This document shows positions 1-8,654 of a stretch of DNA of 64,000 nucleotides, piece by piece. A model generated the notes under the pieces. That model made no database searches, had not been told where the DNA came from, and saw only the letters and a program-made list of their open reading frames with translations. Made by a program: the position numbers and the translations under genes. Location: positions 19,180 through 83,179 of the forward strand of contig SVUA01000006.1 of assembly GCA_015063485.1 (NCBI GenBank), read 5' to 3'. This DNA is from Oscillospiraceae bacterium. Its GTDB lineage: Bacteria > Bacillota > Clostridia > Oscillospirales > CAG-272. The number at the start of each line of letters is the position of its first letter. Within the stretch, counting starts at the first letter, position 1.

Positions 1-1062
1 GATATTTTCCACGATGAAATATTCGTGTTTACACCTAAAGGCGACGTAATAGCGCTTCCGCAAGGCTCGACCGTTATTGACTTTGCTTACGCGATACATT
101 CGGGCGTAGGAAATTCTATGATAGGCGCAAAGATAAACGGTATGATAGTTCCTATCGACAGAGTTCCCGAAAACGGAGAGATAGTAGAGATACTTACGTC
201 TTCTGCCTCAAAAGGACCGAGCAGAGATTGGCTCAGCATAGTAAAAACAAGCGAAGCTAAAACCAAGATAAGAAACTGGTTCAAAAAGGAAAAACGCGCT
301 GATAATATCGTTGCGGGAAAAGCTATGGTCGATACCGAATTCAAGCGTTGGTCAAGACCGTATACCGAAACACAGAGAAACGAGATCGTAGGAATCGTTG
401 GACAACGCCTTGGCTTTATGAGTGCCGACGACGTATACAATACGCTCGGATACGGCGGAGTATCTATGTCAAAGCTTGCGGGCAAGCTTCACGATGAATT
501 TGAAAAGACTATACGTATTCCCGAAGATGATATAGTAAAAGAAGAGCTTACCGTTGATAAGATAAAGACTACGACCGTGCCAAAGCATCTCAAATCCAAC
601 GGCGGTATCGTTGTTGACGGAGAGTACGGTTGTATGGTCAAGTATGCCCGTTGCTGTAACCCGCTTCCCGGTGATGATGTAATAGGATTTATTACAAAGG
701 GCTACGGAATTTCTATTCATAAAGCGGATTGTCCAAACGTTGCTCTTGGTAAAAAGAATCCCGAAAATGAAACAAGATGGGTCGAGGCGCATTGGGAAAC
801 AGCAAATTCAAACGATCAGAGAATGTACGAGGCATCTATAACCGTACATGTGCTTGATCGCTTGGGGATCGTTGCGGATATATCTGTGGCTCTGTCGGAT
901 ATGAAGGTATTCTTGTTGCAGATAAATACCCTAAAGAGCTCAGGAGATTCTTCTATAATACATCTTAAGATAAGCTGTAAAAACGTTGATCATTATCATT
1001 CTATCGTTAGCCGTCTTAAAGCTATCGATGGCGTGACCGACGTAGTCAGAAGCTTTACCTAA
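1..1062 (+). CDS. relA: (p)ppGpp synthetase/hydrolase RelA/SpoT family, C-terminal part (5' end outside window)
   Basis: Frame 1 is open from nt 1. It has a TGS-like segment (GDVIALPQGSTVIDFAYAIHS..GAKINGMIVP), a CCNPLPGD Cys segment and a C-terminal ACT-like domain. dtd follows, as in Firmicute relA-dtd operons. Confidence 0.85.
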   Translation, partial: DIFHDEIFVFTPKGDVIALPQGSTVIDFAYAIHSGVGNSMIGAKINGMIVPIDRVPENGEIVEILTSSASKGPSRDWLSIVKTSEAKTKIRNWFKKEKRADNIVAGKAMVDTEFKRWSRPYTETQRNEIVGIVGQRLGFMSADDVYNTLGYGGVSMSKLAGKLHDEFEKTIRIPEDDIVKEELTVDKIKTTTVPKHLKSNGGIVVDGEYGCMVKYARCCNPLPGDDVIGFITKGYGISIHKADCPNVALGKKNPENETRWVEAHWETANSNDQRMYEASITVHVLDRLGIVADISVALSDMKVFLLQINTLKSSGDSSIIHLKISCKNVDHYHSIVSRLKAIDGVTDVVRSFT

Positions 1063-1086
1063 TATAAAAAAACAGGAGAGATATTT

Positions 1087-1560
1087 ATGATAGCGGTGCT
1101 TCAAAGAGTAAAAAGGGCTTCGGTACGAGTAGACGGCGATATGGCGGGAAAATGCGGAAATGGAATATGCATACTGCTTGGAGTGGCTCGTGGAGATACC
1201 GAGGAGGACGCTGTCGCGCTTGTCAATAAAATCGTGGGCTTACGAATTTTTACCGATGAAAATGATAAAATGAATCTGTCTATACAGGACATTGACGGCG
1301 AGATGCTCGTTGTATCAAACTTTACTCTGTTGGCTTCTTATAAAAAGGGAAAGCGTCCTGATTATATAAATGCTGCGCCGCCAGCTGAAGCAGAAAGATT
1401 GTATAAATATTTCACAGAGCTTTGCGCAAATAGCGTAAGACGCGTTGAAAACGGAGTTTTCGGCGCTGAAATGGAGCTTGAGATAGTAAACGACGGTCCT
1501 GTTACTATCGTAATGGACAGTAATGTGCTTTTGCGTAAGGCAGAAGCAAAAAATATTTGA
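1087..1560 (+). CDS. dtd: D-aminoacyl-tRNA deacylase
   Basis: 157 aa. The N-terminus MIAVLQRVKRASV and the SNFTL..GKRP motif are typical of Dtd, and it sits directly after relA. Confidence 0.9.
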   Translation: MIAVLQRVKRASVRVDGDMAGKCGNGICILLGVARGDTEEDAVALVNKIVGLRIFTDENDKMNLSIQDIDGEMLVVSNFTLLASYKKGKRPDYINAAPPAEAERLYKYFTELCANSVRRVENGVFGAEMELEIVNDGPVTIVMDSNVLLRKAEAKNI

Positions 1561-1583
1561 TTTCGGAATATGGAGAAAAGGTT

Positions 1584-3083
1584 ATGAAGGTCATACTTGA
1601 ATCCCCGATAAATAAATACTACGTGCAGACGCTTGGAATGATATTTTTCCCGGGTGAGCATTTCGGTAAGGATGAAGAACAGGACGATAGCACCGAGATC
1701 CCATCTTTATACGTGAAAAGCACACAGGAAGAAAACGGTATTCGCGCGTACGCAAAGGTCACGCTTGGCGAAAAGACAAAAGACGCGGAGTATTTTGCGG
1801 AATTTACCGAGTCAAGAACGGAGGAACGTACTCTAAAGTTGGCGGTTGGAGGCGCAGTTCTTGCCGCGGCGGGAGCTTTGATGGGATACAGACCCGCGTG
1901 GGGAATGCTGATAGGCGTTCGTCCGTCAAAGGTAGCGTCCGAGATGCTTGATAAGGGAATGAGCAAGACCCGTGTAAAAAAGCATCTTAATTCAGATTAT
2001 CTGGTCATTCCCAAAAAAGCGGCTTTGGCTACCGATATAGCGGTTGCGGAAAAGCGTATAGTTGGCGCATCTTCACATAAGGATTGCAGTGTTTATATTT
2101 CTATACCGTTTTGCCCGTCAAGATGCACGTATTGTTCGTTCGTGTCATATACTTCTAAAAGACTTCTTGACCTTATTCCGCAATATCTCGAGAGATTAAA
2201 GTTTGATATTCGCTCAAATTTTGAGCTTATAAAGCAGCTCGGACTTCGTGTGCGTACAGTCTATATAGGAGGCGGAACGCCTACTATATTAGACGAGGGA
2301 CAGCTTCGCGACTTACTTTCGTTCATTTCAAAGCAGACCGACGTTTCGCTTTTGGACGAATATACGCTTGAAGCGGGAAGACCCGATACCATTACCGAAG
2401 AAAAATTCCGTATAGCAAAGCAGTACGGAGTTACACGCGTAAGCGTAAATCCGCAAAGCCTTTCGGACGACGTTTTAAAGGGAATAGGAAGAAAGCATAC
2501 GGCAGAGGACTTTTATAACGCGTTCGAGGCGGCTGTTAAAAGCGATATAAAGACGATAAACGTTGACCTTATCGCAGGGCTTCCCGGAGATAATTTCCGC
2601 AGATTTTCCAACACCGTCGATAATATAATAGCACTTGCTCCGCAAAATATAACGGTACATACATTTTGCGTGAAAAAGGCGGCAGATATACTTCGCAGTA
2701 ACGCGCAGATATATTCTGCAAGCGGCGGAGACGTTGGAAAATGCATTGATTATTCCCAGATAAAAACGAGACAGGCGGGATATATGCCGTATTATATGTA
2801 TAGGCAAAAAAATACGGTGGGAAACTATGAAAACGTAGGATTTTCCGTTGATGGTCACGAGGGCTTGTATAACATTTATATGATGGAAGAGATACATTCG
2901 ATATTTGCCGCGGGAGCGGGGGCTGTAACAAAGCTTGTTGATCGCACCGGCGTTACCGATAATAAGCGAACGATCGAAAGACTCTTTAATCAAAAATATC
3001 CGTATGAATATTTGGAGGAGGACAGAAGCACGGCTTTCAGAGATGCGGCAATAAAATTTTATACCGATAGAAAAATGCTGTGA
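1584..3083 (+). CDS. Radical SAM protein, HemN/HemZ-like oxygen-independent coproporphyrinogen-III oxidase family
   Basis: Has the CPSRCTYCSF (CxxxCxxC) radical-SAM motif and a HemN-like remainder. The listed ORF begins at a TTG overlapping the dtd stop. The in-frame ATG at 1584 follows GGAGAAAAGG. Confidence 0.75.
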   Translation: MKVILESPINKYYVQTLGMIFFPGEHFGKDEEQDDSTEIPSLYVKSTQEENGIRAYAKVTLGEKTKDAEYFAEFTESRTEERTLKLAVGGAVLAAAGALMGYRPAWGMLIGVRPSKVASEMLDKGMSKTRVKKHLNSDYLVIPKKAALATDIAVAEKRIVGASSHKDCSVYISIPFCPSRCTYCSFVSYTSKRLLDLIPQYLERLKFDIRSNFELIKQLGLRVRTVYIGGGTPTILDEGQLRDLLSFISKQTDVSLLDEYTLEAGRPDTITEEKFRIAKQYGVTRVSVNPQSLSDDVLKGIGRKHTAEDFYNAFEAAVKSDIKTINVDLIAGLPGDNFRRFSNTVDNIIALAPQNITVHTFCVKKAADILRSNAQIYSASGGDVGKCIDYSQIKTRQAGYMPYYMYRQKNTVGNYENVGFSVDGHEGLYNIYMMEEIHSIFAAGAGAVTKLVDRTGVTDNKRTIERLFNQKYPYEYLEEDRSTAFRDAAIKFYTDRKML

Positions 3084-3131
3084 TTTTGTCAATTCACGTT
3101 TATTTACCGTTTGTAAGGAGCGGAATGTTTT

Positions 3132-4028
3132 ATGAGTGATAATGAGAAGATTTTACACATGGAAGAAATTATAAAGGAATATGACCTCGCTTTTGATAAA
3201 AAGCTTGAAGAAGTGGCAAAGGATATTCTTTCAAAAAAAGACGTTCGCCTCATACGCTTGAGCGGTCCTACCTGTTCAGGTAAAACTACCGCGGCGGCGA
3301 TGCTCGTCCGAACGTTTGAAAAAGAGGGAAAGCGCGCTATTACGGTATCTATTGACGATTTTTATTTTGACACTCATATTCTTAAAAGTAATTCAAAGAA
3401 AAAAGGTTTAGACGGTATAGATTACGATTCCGTAGACACCATAGACCTTGACGAGCTTTCACGTTTCGTTGAGGAGATATTTGACTCCGACGAGGTACAT
3501 TGTCCGATATTTGACTTTACAAGAGGAAGAAGAACGGGATATCGCGCTATAAAAATAGGGAAGGACGACATCTTCATTTTTGAAGGTATACAAACACTCT
3601 ATCCGGAGATAGCCGATATGTTTTCAAAGCATAGCTCAGCAGGAATATTTATAGCTCCCATGACCGATATAATCGCAGACGAAAAGAGGGTAAATCCAAA
3701 TGAATTAAGGCTTATGCGCCGACTTGTACGCGATTATAAATATCGAAATACCGATCCGAGATTTACCTTTGAGCTTTGGAAGAACGTAAGAAAAAATGAG
3801 GAAAGGTCTATTTTCCCCTTTGTAGAAACTTGCGAATATAAGATCGATTCTACTGTTCCGTATGAGCTCGGAATATTGAGACCTTATTTAGAAAATATAC
3901 TTAAAGATATAAAAGAGGAAGAATCGTGCTATTCTCATGCAAAAGAGATTCTTTCATGGGTAGATAGCGAGGATATCATTTTGGATACGCTTATCGCACC
4001 CGATTCGCTTTATAAGGAATTTGTTTAA
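3132..4028 (+). CDS. Uridine kinase/phosphoribulokinase-family nucleoside kinase
   Basis: P-loop LSGPTCSGKTT, then SIDDFYFD and IFEGIQTLYPE motifs as in the PRK/uridine kinase family. An AAGGAG RBS lies upstream. Confidence 0.6.
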   Translation: MSDNEKILHMEEIIKEYDLAFDKKLEEVAKDILSKKDVRLIRLSGPTCSGKTTAAAMLVRTFEKEGKRAITVSIDDFYFDTHILKSNSKKKGLDGIDYDSVDTIDLDELSRFVEEIFDSDEVHCPIFDFTRGRRTGYRAIKIGKDDIFIFEGIQTLYPEIADMFSKHSSAGIFIAPMTDIIADEKRVNPNELRLMRRLVRDYKYRNTDPRFTFELWKNVRKNEERSIFPFVETCEYKIDSTVPYELGILRPYLENILKDIKEEESCYSHAKEILSWVDSEDIILDTLIAPDSLYKEFV

Positions 4029-4080
4029 AAGCACCCCGTTTTCGCAGATACATACCTTTTCTGCCGTAATATACGCAGAA

Positions 4081-4103
4081 ATATCCGAATATAATTCGGA
4101 TAT
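4081..4103. other. Perfect 10-bp inverted repeat (ATATCCGAAT-ata-ATTCGGATAT)
   Basis: Read directly from the sequence. No T-run follows, so it is either a weak terminator or a protein-binding palindrome upstream of the flippase gene. Confidence 0.4.
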
Positions 4104-4124
4104 AACGGTATAGCGGAAACGGCG

Positions 4125-5753
4125 GTGCAATTTATGATAAAGCAAACAAATAAAAAGATAGCGGACAAAAAAATCGGAAACGGATTTTTGTCGGGAGTTT
4201 TTATTCTTTCAGTATCAACTGTCATAGTTAAGGTAATAGGACTTGCTTGTAAGATACCTCTTATATCCTTGCTTGGCGCAGAGGGAATGGGGTATTTTAA
4301 CTCGGCGTTGGAGATACACGCTCTGCTGTGCGTTATATCTACCGCGGGTCTGCCTGTGGCGCTTTCTATGCTCGTTTCGGCGTGTCGAGAGCGTAACGAC
4401 GGAGTTGGAATACGAAAGATATGGAGAACGGCTTTCGCTTTGTTTTTACTGCTTGGCGGTGTGGGAGCTCTTATCTTGTCGTGTTTTGCTCCCGCTATTT
4501 CAAAAGGAGTCGGCAATCCTGATGCGGCGGCATCTGTCGCGGCGATCGCGCCGTCTCTTTTGTTCGTATGCTTCGCAAGTGCGGTAAGAGGATATTTTCA
4601 AGGCTTTGGGCATATGACTCCTACCGCAATATCCCAGCTTATCGAAGCACTTGGTAAGCTTATTTTTGGAGTACTTTTTGCATATTTTGCACTCGATAGC
4701 GGAACATCTCTGCCTTTAGCGGCGGCGTATTCCGTCTTCGGTATAACGCTCGGCACGGCATTGTCTGCGCTTTATCTTCTGATCTCAAAAGCAAGAAACA
4801 GGCGTTATAATATTGAGGTTTCAAAGCCTCAAATACTCCCTCGCAAAGAGCAAAAAACGGTTAGCACACTTTTAAAGATAGCCTTTCCTATTACCGTAAG
4901 CTCTGCGGTATTGAGCGTTACACGTATGATCGACATGTCGCTTATACTTCGCAGACTGTCCGATATAGGCGTAAGCTCTTCGCGCGCAAATGAGATATTT
5001 GGTTCATACACAACACTCGCTCTTCCTGTTTTCAGTTTAGTTCCGTCGCTTATTACGCCGATAGCGCTTTCTTTAGTTCCGCAGCTTTCCGCGGCTATTG
5101 AAAAAAGATCGAGCGATGGTCAGGGACGTGTGCTTTCGGATTCAATGAGACTTACCGTGCTCTTTGCAATACCGTCGTCAATGGGAATAGCGCTTTATGC
5201 AAGACCGATACTGTCGATACTTTTTTCAGGACAGTACGAGGCGATAGATATTGCCGCTCCTCTTTTGTCAATACTAGGCGGATCGGTACTCTTTTCGTGC
5301 GTAATTACGACCACGAACGCTATTTTACAATCATACAGAAAGACCGTACTGCCAATAATCTCTATGGCGGTCGGCTCGGCAGTAAAGATAGTAAGCGCGT
5401 ATATTCTTATAGGTATAGAGGATATAGGCGTTTACGGCGCGCCTATAAGTACATTCTTGTGTAACGTATGTATAACCGCTATGAATCTGTATTTTATTTC
5501 CGGTGTCTTTAAGGGCGATGGTATCCTTAAGATATGGGGAAGACCGTTCGTCGCTTCTCTTGGCGGAATACTTTTGTCTCTGGCGGCGTATATACCGTTG
5601 ACATCTCTTTTGGGAAGCGAGACGCTTGGATTTATGATCGTGCTTCCAATAGCACTTATAGGATATTTCGCTTTTGCGGTGCTTACTCGTGCTATTACAA
5701 AAGATGATCTTTTACTCTTACCGTTTGTAAAAAATAAAAGTAATAATAAATAA
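4125..5753 (+). CDS. MOP-superfamily polysaccharide/lipid-linked-oligosaccharide flippase (YabM/SpoVB-like)
   Basis: 542 aa with about 14 hydrophobic helices. It holds the position of yabM in the B. subtilis-type yabM-mazG-yabO-yabP-yabQ-divIC order. The start is uncertain (GTG 4125 or ATG 4134). Confidence 0.7.
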   Translation: MQFMIKQTNKKIADKKIGNGFLSGVFILSVSTVIVKVIGLACKIPLISLLGAEGMGYFNSALEIHALLCVISTAGLPVALSMLVSACRERNDGVGIRKIWRTAFALFLLLGGVGALILSCFAPAISKGVGNPDAAASVAAIAPSLLFVCFASAVRGYFQGFGHMTPTAISQLIEALGKLIFGVLFAYFALDSGTSLPLAAAYSVFGITLGTALSALYLLISKARNRRYNIEVSKPQILPRKEQKTVSTLLKIAFPITVSSAVLSVTRMIDMSLILRRLSDIGVSSSRANEIFGSYTTLALPVFSLVPSLITPIALSLVPQLSAAIEKRSSDGQGRVLSDSMRLTVLFAIPSSMGIALYARPILSILFSGQYEAIDIAAPLLSILGGSVLFSCVITTTNAILQSYRKTVLPIISMAVGSAVKIVSAYILIGIEDIGVYGAPISTFLCNVCITAMNLYFISGVFKGDGILKIWGRPFVASLGGILLSLAAYIPLTSLLGSETLGFMIVLPIALIGYFAFAVLTRAITKDDLLLLPFVKNKSNNK

Positions 5754-5774
5754 AATAAAAAGGAAAAAACAGGT

Positions 5775-6593
5775 ATGGAAAAAGTAATTACTGTGGATGA
5801 AAAAAAGGAATATCTCCTTTCAAGAGAACGCTATACGTTCGAGGACCTTGTGATACTCGTAGAGGTGCTTCGCTCCGAGAAGGGGTGTCCGTGGGACAGA
5901 GAGCAGACACATAAAAGTATCAGAAAAGATCTTATAGAGGAAACGTACGAGGTTATAGAGGCAATAGATACCGACGATCCGATACTTATGCGCGAGGAGC
6001 TTGGCGATCTTCTGCTTCAAATAGTTTTTCATGCGTGTATAGGTAAAGAGGATAATGAATTTGACGTTTCCGACGTTACGAACGATATATGCGTCAAGCT
6101 TATACACCGCCATCCGCACGTCTTTGGCGACGTAAAGGCAGATACCTCGGAAAAGGTGCTTTCTAATTGGGAAAAAATAAAAAGCGATGAAAAGGACCGC
6201 CGTACCGTAACCGATAAGCTAAAGGCTATACCGCCTATGCTTCCTGCGCTGATGCGCGCCGAAAAAGTAGGAAAGAAAGCAAAGTGCTTTGATTTTGCGG
6301 ACGCAGAAGGCGTTATGCTCAAGGTACATGAGGAAATAGGTGAGTTTGAAGAAGCTTACAGAGAAAACGATAAAGCTTCAATGCAAGAGGAAATGGGCGA
6401 TCTTTTGCTTACTCTTACCTCTCTTTGCAGAAAAACGGGTATAGATCCCGAAGTGGCACTAAATAACGCTACTAATAAATTTATCTCGCGTTTTGAAAAG
6501 GTGGAAAACGCAGTCATTGAACGAGAGATGGACATTGAAAGCATGACCATGACCGAACTTGATGCGATATGGGATGAAATTAAACATAAATAA
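5775..6593 (+). CDS. mazG: Nucleoside triphosphate pyrophosphohydrolase MazG
   Basis: Contains CPWDREQTHKSIRKDLIEETYEVIEAID and a second EExGDLL repeat, i.e. a tandem MazG domain. Confidence 0.9.
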   Translation: MEKVITVDEKKEYLLSRERYTFEDLVILVEVLRSEKGCPWDREQTHKSIRKDLIEETYEVIEAIDTDDPILMREELGDLLLQIVFHACIGKEDNEFDVSDVTNDICVKLIHRHPHVFGDVKADTSEKVLSNWEKIKSDEKDRRTVTDKLKAIPPMLPALMRAEKVGKKAKCFDFADAEGVMLKVHEEIGEFEEAYRENDKASMQEEMGDLLLTLTSLCRKTGIDPEVALNNATNKFISRFEKVENAVIEREMDIESMTMTELDAIWDEIKHK

Positions 6594-6635
6594 GATAAAA
6601 AAAGTAAAAAATTTGGAGAAAAAAGCAAAAAAGCA

Positions 6636-6664
6636 CTTGATATTATTAAAAAAGTGTGATATAA
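6636..6664 (+). promoter_or_regulatory. Sigma-A type promoter for hup (TTGATA-17 nt-TGaTATAAT)
   Basis: -35 at 6636-6641 and -10 at 6659-6664, with an extended TG at 6656-6657 and a 17-nt spacer. Confidence 0.6.
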
Positions 6665-6730
6665 TCATTAATGTAATTTATGAGGGAGAACCCTGATGAA
6701 TAAAAAAATAAAAAGAAAGGTGAAAAGAAC

Positions 6731-7003
6731 ATGAACAAGACACAGTTTGTTGAAGCAATCGCCGCAAAGTCAGGTCTTAGCAAGAAGGCAGCAGAAGCAG
6801 CACTCAACGCAATGACAGATGTTGTTGCAGAAACTCTCAAGGCAGGAGAGAAGATCCAGCTCGTTGGATTCGGTACTTTTGAGGTTAAGGAGAGAGCAGC
6901 AAGAGCCGGCCGTAACCCCAAGACCGGTGAAACCATTCAGATCGCAGCATCCAAGACCCCCGCATTCAGCGCAGGCAAGGCTCTTAAGGACTCCGTAAAC
7001 TAA
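6731..7003 (+). CDS. hup: DNA-binding protein HU
   Basis: 90 aa, [11 protein letters not shown]...[22 protein letters not shown], the canonical HU/IHF fold sequence. Confidence 0.95.
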   Translation: MNKTQFVEAIAAKSGLSKKAAEAALNAMTDVVAETLKAGEKIQLVGFGTFEVKERAARAGRNPKTGETIQIAASKTPAFSAGKALKDSVN

Positions 7004-7010
7004 TTTCTTT

Positions 7011-7043
7011 TCGGGTGAACGGCTTCGTTCGCCCGATTTTTTT
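7011..7043 (+). terminator. Rho-independent terminator after hup
   Basis: Stem CGGGTGAACG/CGTTCGCCCG (one G-U pair), 4-nt loop, followed by T7. Confidence 0.8.
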
Positions 7044-7058
7044 CGAAAGGAGAAAGTG

Positions 7059-7304
7059 ATGAGACTCGATAAATACCTAAAAGTCTCTCGAATAATAAAA
7101 AGACGAACCGTTGCAAACGATGCGTGTGATGCCGAACACGTTACCGTGAACGGCAAACGCGCAAAAGCTTCTTATGACGTCAAGGTAGGCGATGTCGTAG
7201 AGATCACATTTGGACAAAGAACACTCAAATTCAAGGTCGTCAGCGTGCGTGATAACGTTGCCAAGGCAGAAGCTTCGGAGATGTATGAGATCATAGAAGA
7301 ATAA
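7059..7304 (+). CDS. yabO: S4-domain RNA-binding protein (YabO/Hsp15-like)
   Basis: MRLDKYLKVSRIIKRRTVA...V.VNGK.AK is an S4 motif. An AAAGGAG RBS lies upstream, and the gene sits in conserved order with yabP/yabQ. Confidence 0.8.
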   Translation: MRLDKYLKVSRIIKRRTVANDACDAEHVTVNGKRAKASYDVKVGDVVEITFGQRTLKFKVVSVRDNVAKAEASEMYEIIEE

Positions 7305-7314
7305 TTGAATAATC

Positions 7315-7343
7315 GAATATTTGAAAGAAACTCCGCATATGAT
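7315..7343 (+). promoter_or_regulatory. Candidate sigma-E-type sporulation promoter for yabP-yabQ
   Basis: GAATATT (7315-7321), a 14-nt spacer, then CATATGAT (7336-7343). This resembles the B. subtilis sigma-E consensus (kmATATT-14-CATACAnT). Confidence 0.35.
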
Positions 7344-7370
7344 TTATTGAATCTTTTGCGGAGGTTTTTT

Positions 7371-7649
7371 ATGAATATTCAATCTGAAAGACAAATCCAC
7401 GAAATACATGTCGGAATGCGCAAGGAAATGAGCATTACGGGTGTTAGTGAGGTAATAAGCTTTGACGAAACAAGCGTAAGCTTAAAAAGCTTGTGCGGAG
7501 AGATGACGATAGAGGGGAATGACTTGAAGTTAGGCGTTTTAGATATCGATAAGGGAGTAGTCACTTTGTCCGGAAGAATAGATACCATTTATTATTCGAC
7601 AGAAACAACAGAGGAAAAACGCGGATTTTTCTCAAAGCTGTTCAGGTAA
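7371..7649 (+). CDS. yabP: Sporulation protein YabP
   Basis: The sequence (ITGV.EVISFDETSV.L....G.MTIEG..L....LD...G.V.L.G.I..I.Y) matches the YabP/YqfC family. The ATG at 7371 follows GGAGG, and the gene order is conserved. Confidence 0.8.
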   Translation: MNIQSERQIHEIHVGMRKEMSITGVSEVISFDETSVSLKSLCGEMTIEGNDLKLGVLDIDKGVVTLSGRIDTIYYSTETTEEKRGFFSKLFR

Positions 7650-7655
7650 GAACGA

Positions 7656-8267
7656 ATGGAGATATCGCCTTTCCTTCTTACGCTTCTTTTGTCATGGAGC
7701 TTCGTGTTTGGACTGATACTCGGCGTTATAAACGATATAAACAGAATAATACGTGTGTTTTGCGGAGTAAGATATTCCGAAAAGCACTTTGGCAAATTAT
7801 ACGAGCTTGTCTTGCCCGTAGTTCACAGACCGCTTTTGAGAGGTGAGAATAAATTTCACAAGAAAGCGCTTGTCGTATTGATGTTTTTTCAGGATATAAT
7901 TTTTTTTATTATCGCAGGGATAGGAATAATTCTCTTAAATTATGAATTTAATGAGGGCAGTTTTAGATTTTTTACCGTGGTTGCGGTGGTCATAGGTTTT
8001 TTGTTATATTATTTTACAATAGGAAAAGTCGTAATGACGTTGTCGGAGGGGATCGCTTTTTTTATAAAAGCAACGTTTTTAGTCGTTTTCAGTATTGCGT
8101 TTCGTCCATTCGCTGTTTTAGGGGCTTTTTTTACAAAGAAATTCAAAAAAATTACTGTATTTTTTAATATTGCTATTGCAAATATACATAAAAAGTTGTA
8201 TAATAAATATAGAAGAAAAGACATGATCAAAAAATCATTAAAAGGCTTTTTGAAAATTGAAAAATAG
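7656..8267 (+). CDS. yabQ: Spore cortex biosynthesis membrane protein YabQ-like
   Basis: 203 aa with 4-5 hydrophobic helices, immediately after yabP. The call rests mainly on synteny. Confidence 0.55.
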   Translation: MEISPFLLTLLLSWSFVFGLILGVINDINRIIRVFCGVRYSEKHFGKLYELVLPVVHRPLLRGENKFHKKALVVLMFFQDIIFFIIAGIGIILLNYEFNEGSFRFFTVVAVVIGFLLYYFTIGKVVMTLSEGIAFFIKATFLVVFSIAFRPFAVLGAFFTKKFKKITVFFNIAIANIHKKLYNKYRRKDMIKKSLKGFLKIEK

Positions 8268-8287
8268 TATTTAAGGGAGAACGAAAA

Positions 8288-8590
8288 ATGGGGAAAGGTA
8301 AATATTTTGTGGGTCAAAAAAAGGGCGTTTACTTGGCGGTTCGCATTTTTCTTGTCTTCCTTTTTGTTTTTGCTATTGCGTTCTTTCTGTGGTGCTTAAT
8401 GTATGTAAATGAAGCTGATGATCAAGCCAAAGAGTATGAGGCTCGGATAGAGCGCCTTAGTGATGATGTTGAACAACTCAAATATCTTGTGGACGCGCCT
8501 CTTGACGATGCGTATAAAATTCGTATCGCCCGCGAAAAATTGGGTATGTGCTTTCCTGATGAAATAATATTTTATACGGAAGTGAATTGA
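8288..8590 (+). CDS. divIC: Septum formation initiator (DivIC/FtsB family)
   Basis: 100 aa with one TM helix, a coiled-coil segment (EYEARIERLSDDVEQLKYL) and the C-terminal IAREKLGM..PDEI motif typical of FtsB/DivIC. Confidence 0.7.
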   Translation: MGKGKYFVGQKKGVYLAVRIFLVFLFVFAIAFFLWCLMYVNEADDQAKEYEARIERLSDDVEQLKYLVDAPLDDAYKIRIAREKLGMCFPDEIIFYTEVN

Positions 8591-8654
8591 TATATAATAA
8601 TAAAACTCAAATACGGAGATAATATAAGAAGTAAAAAAGGACGGTGATACGGTA

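Noticed and set aside
7331-7363. A CTCCGC...GCGGAG stem followed by T6, considered as a terminator after yabO that would sequester the yabP RBS.
   Set aside because: The stem is only 6 bp and the loop is 21 nt, which is too weak to call. The T-run is simply the spacer between RBS and ATG.
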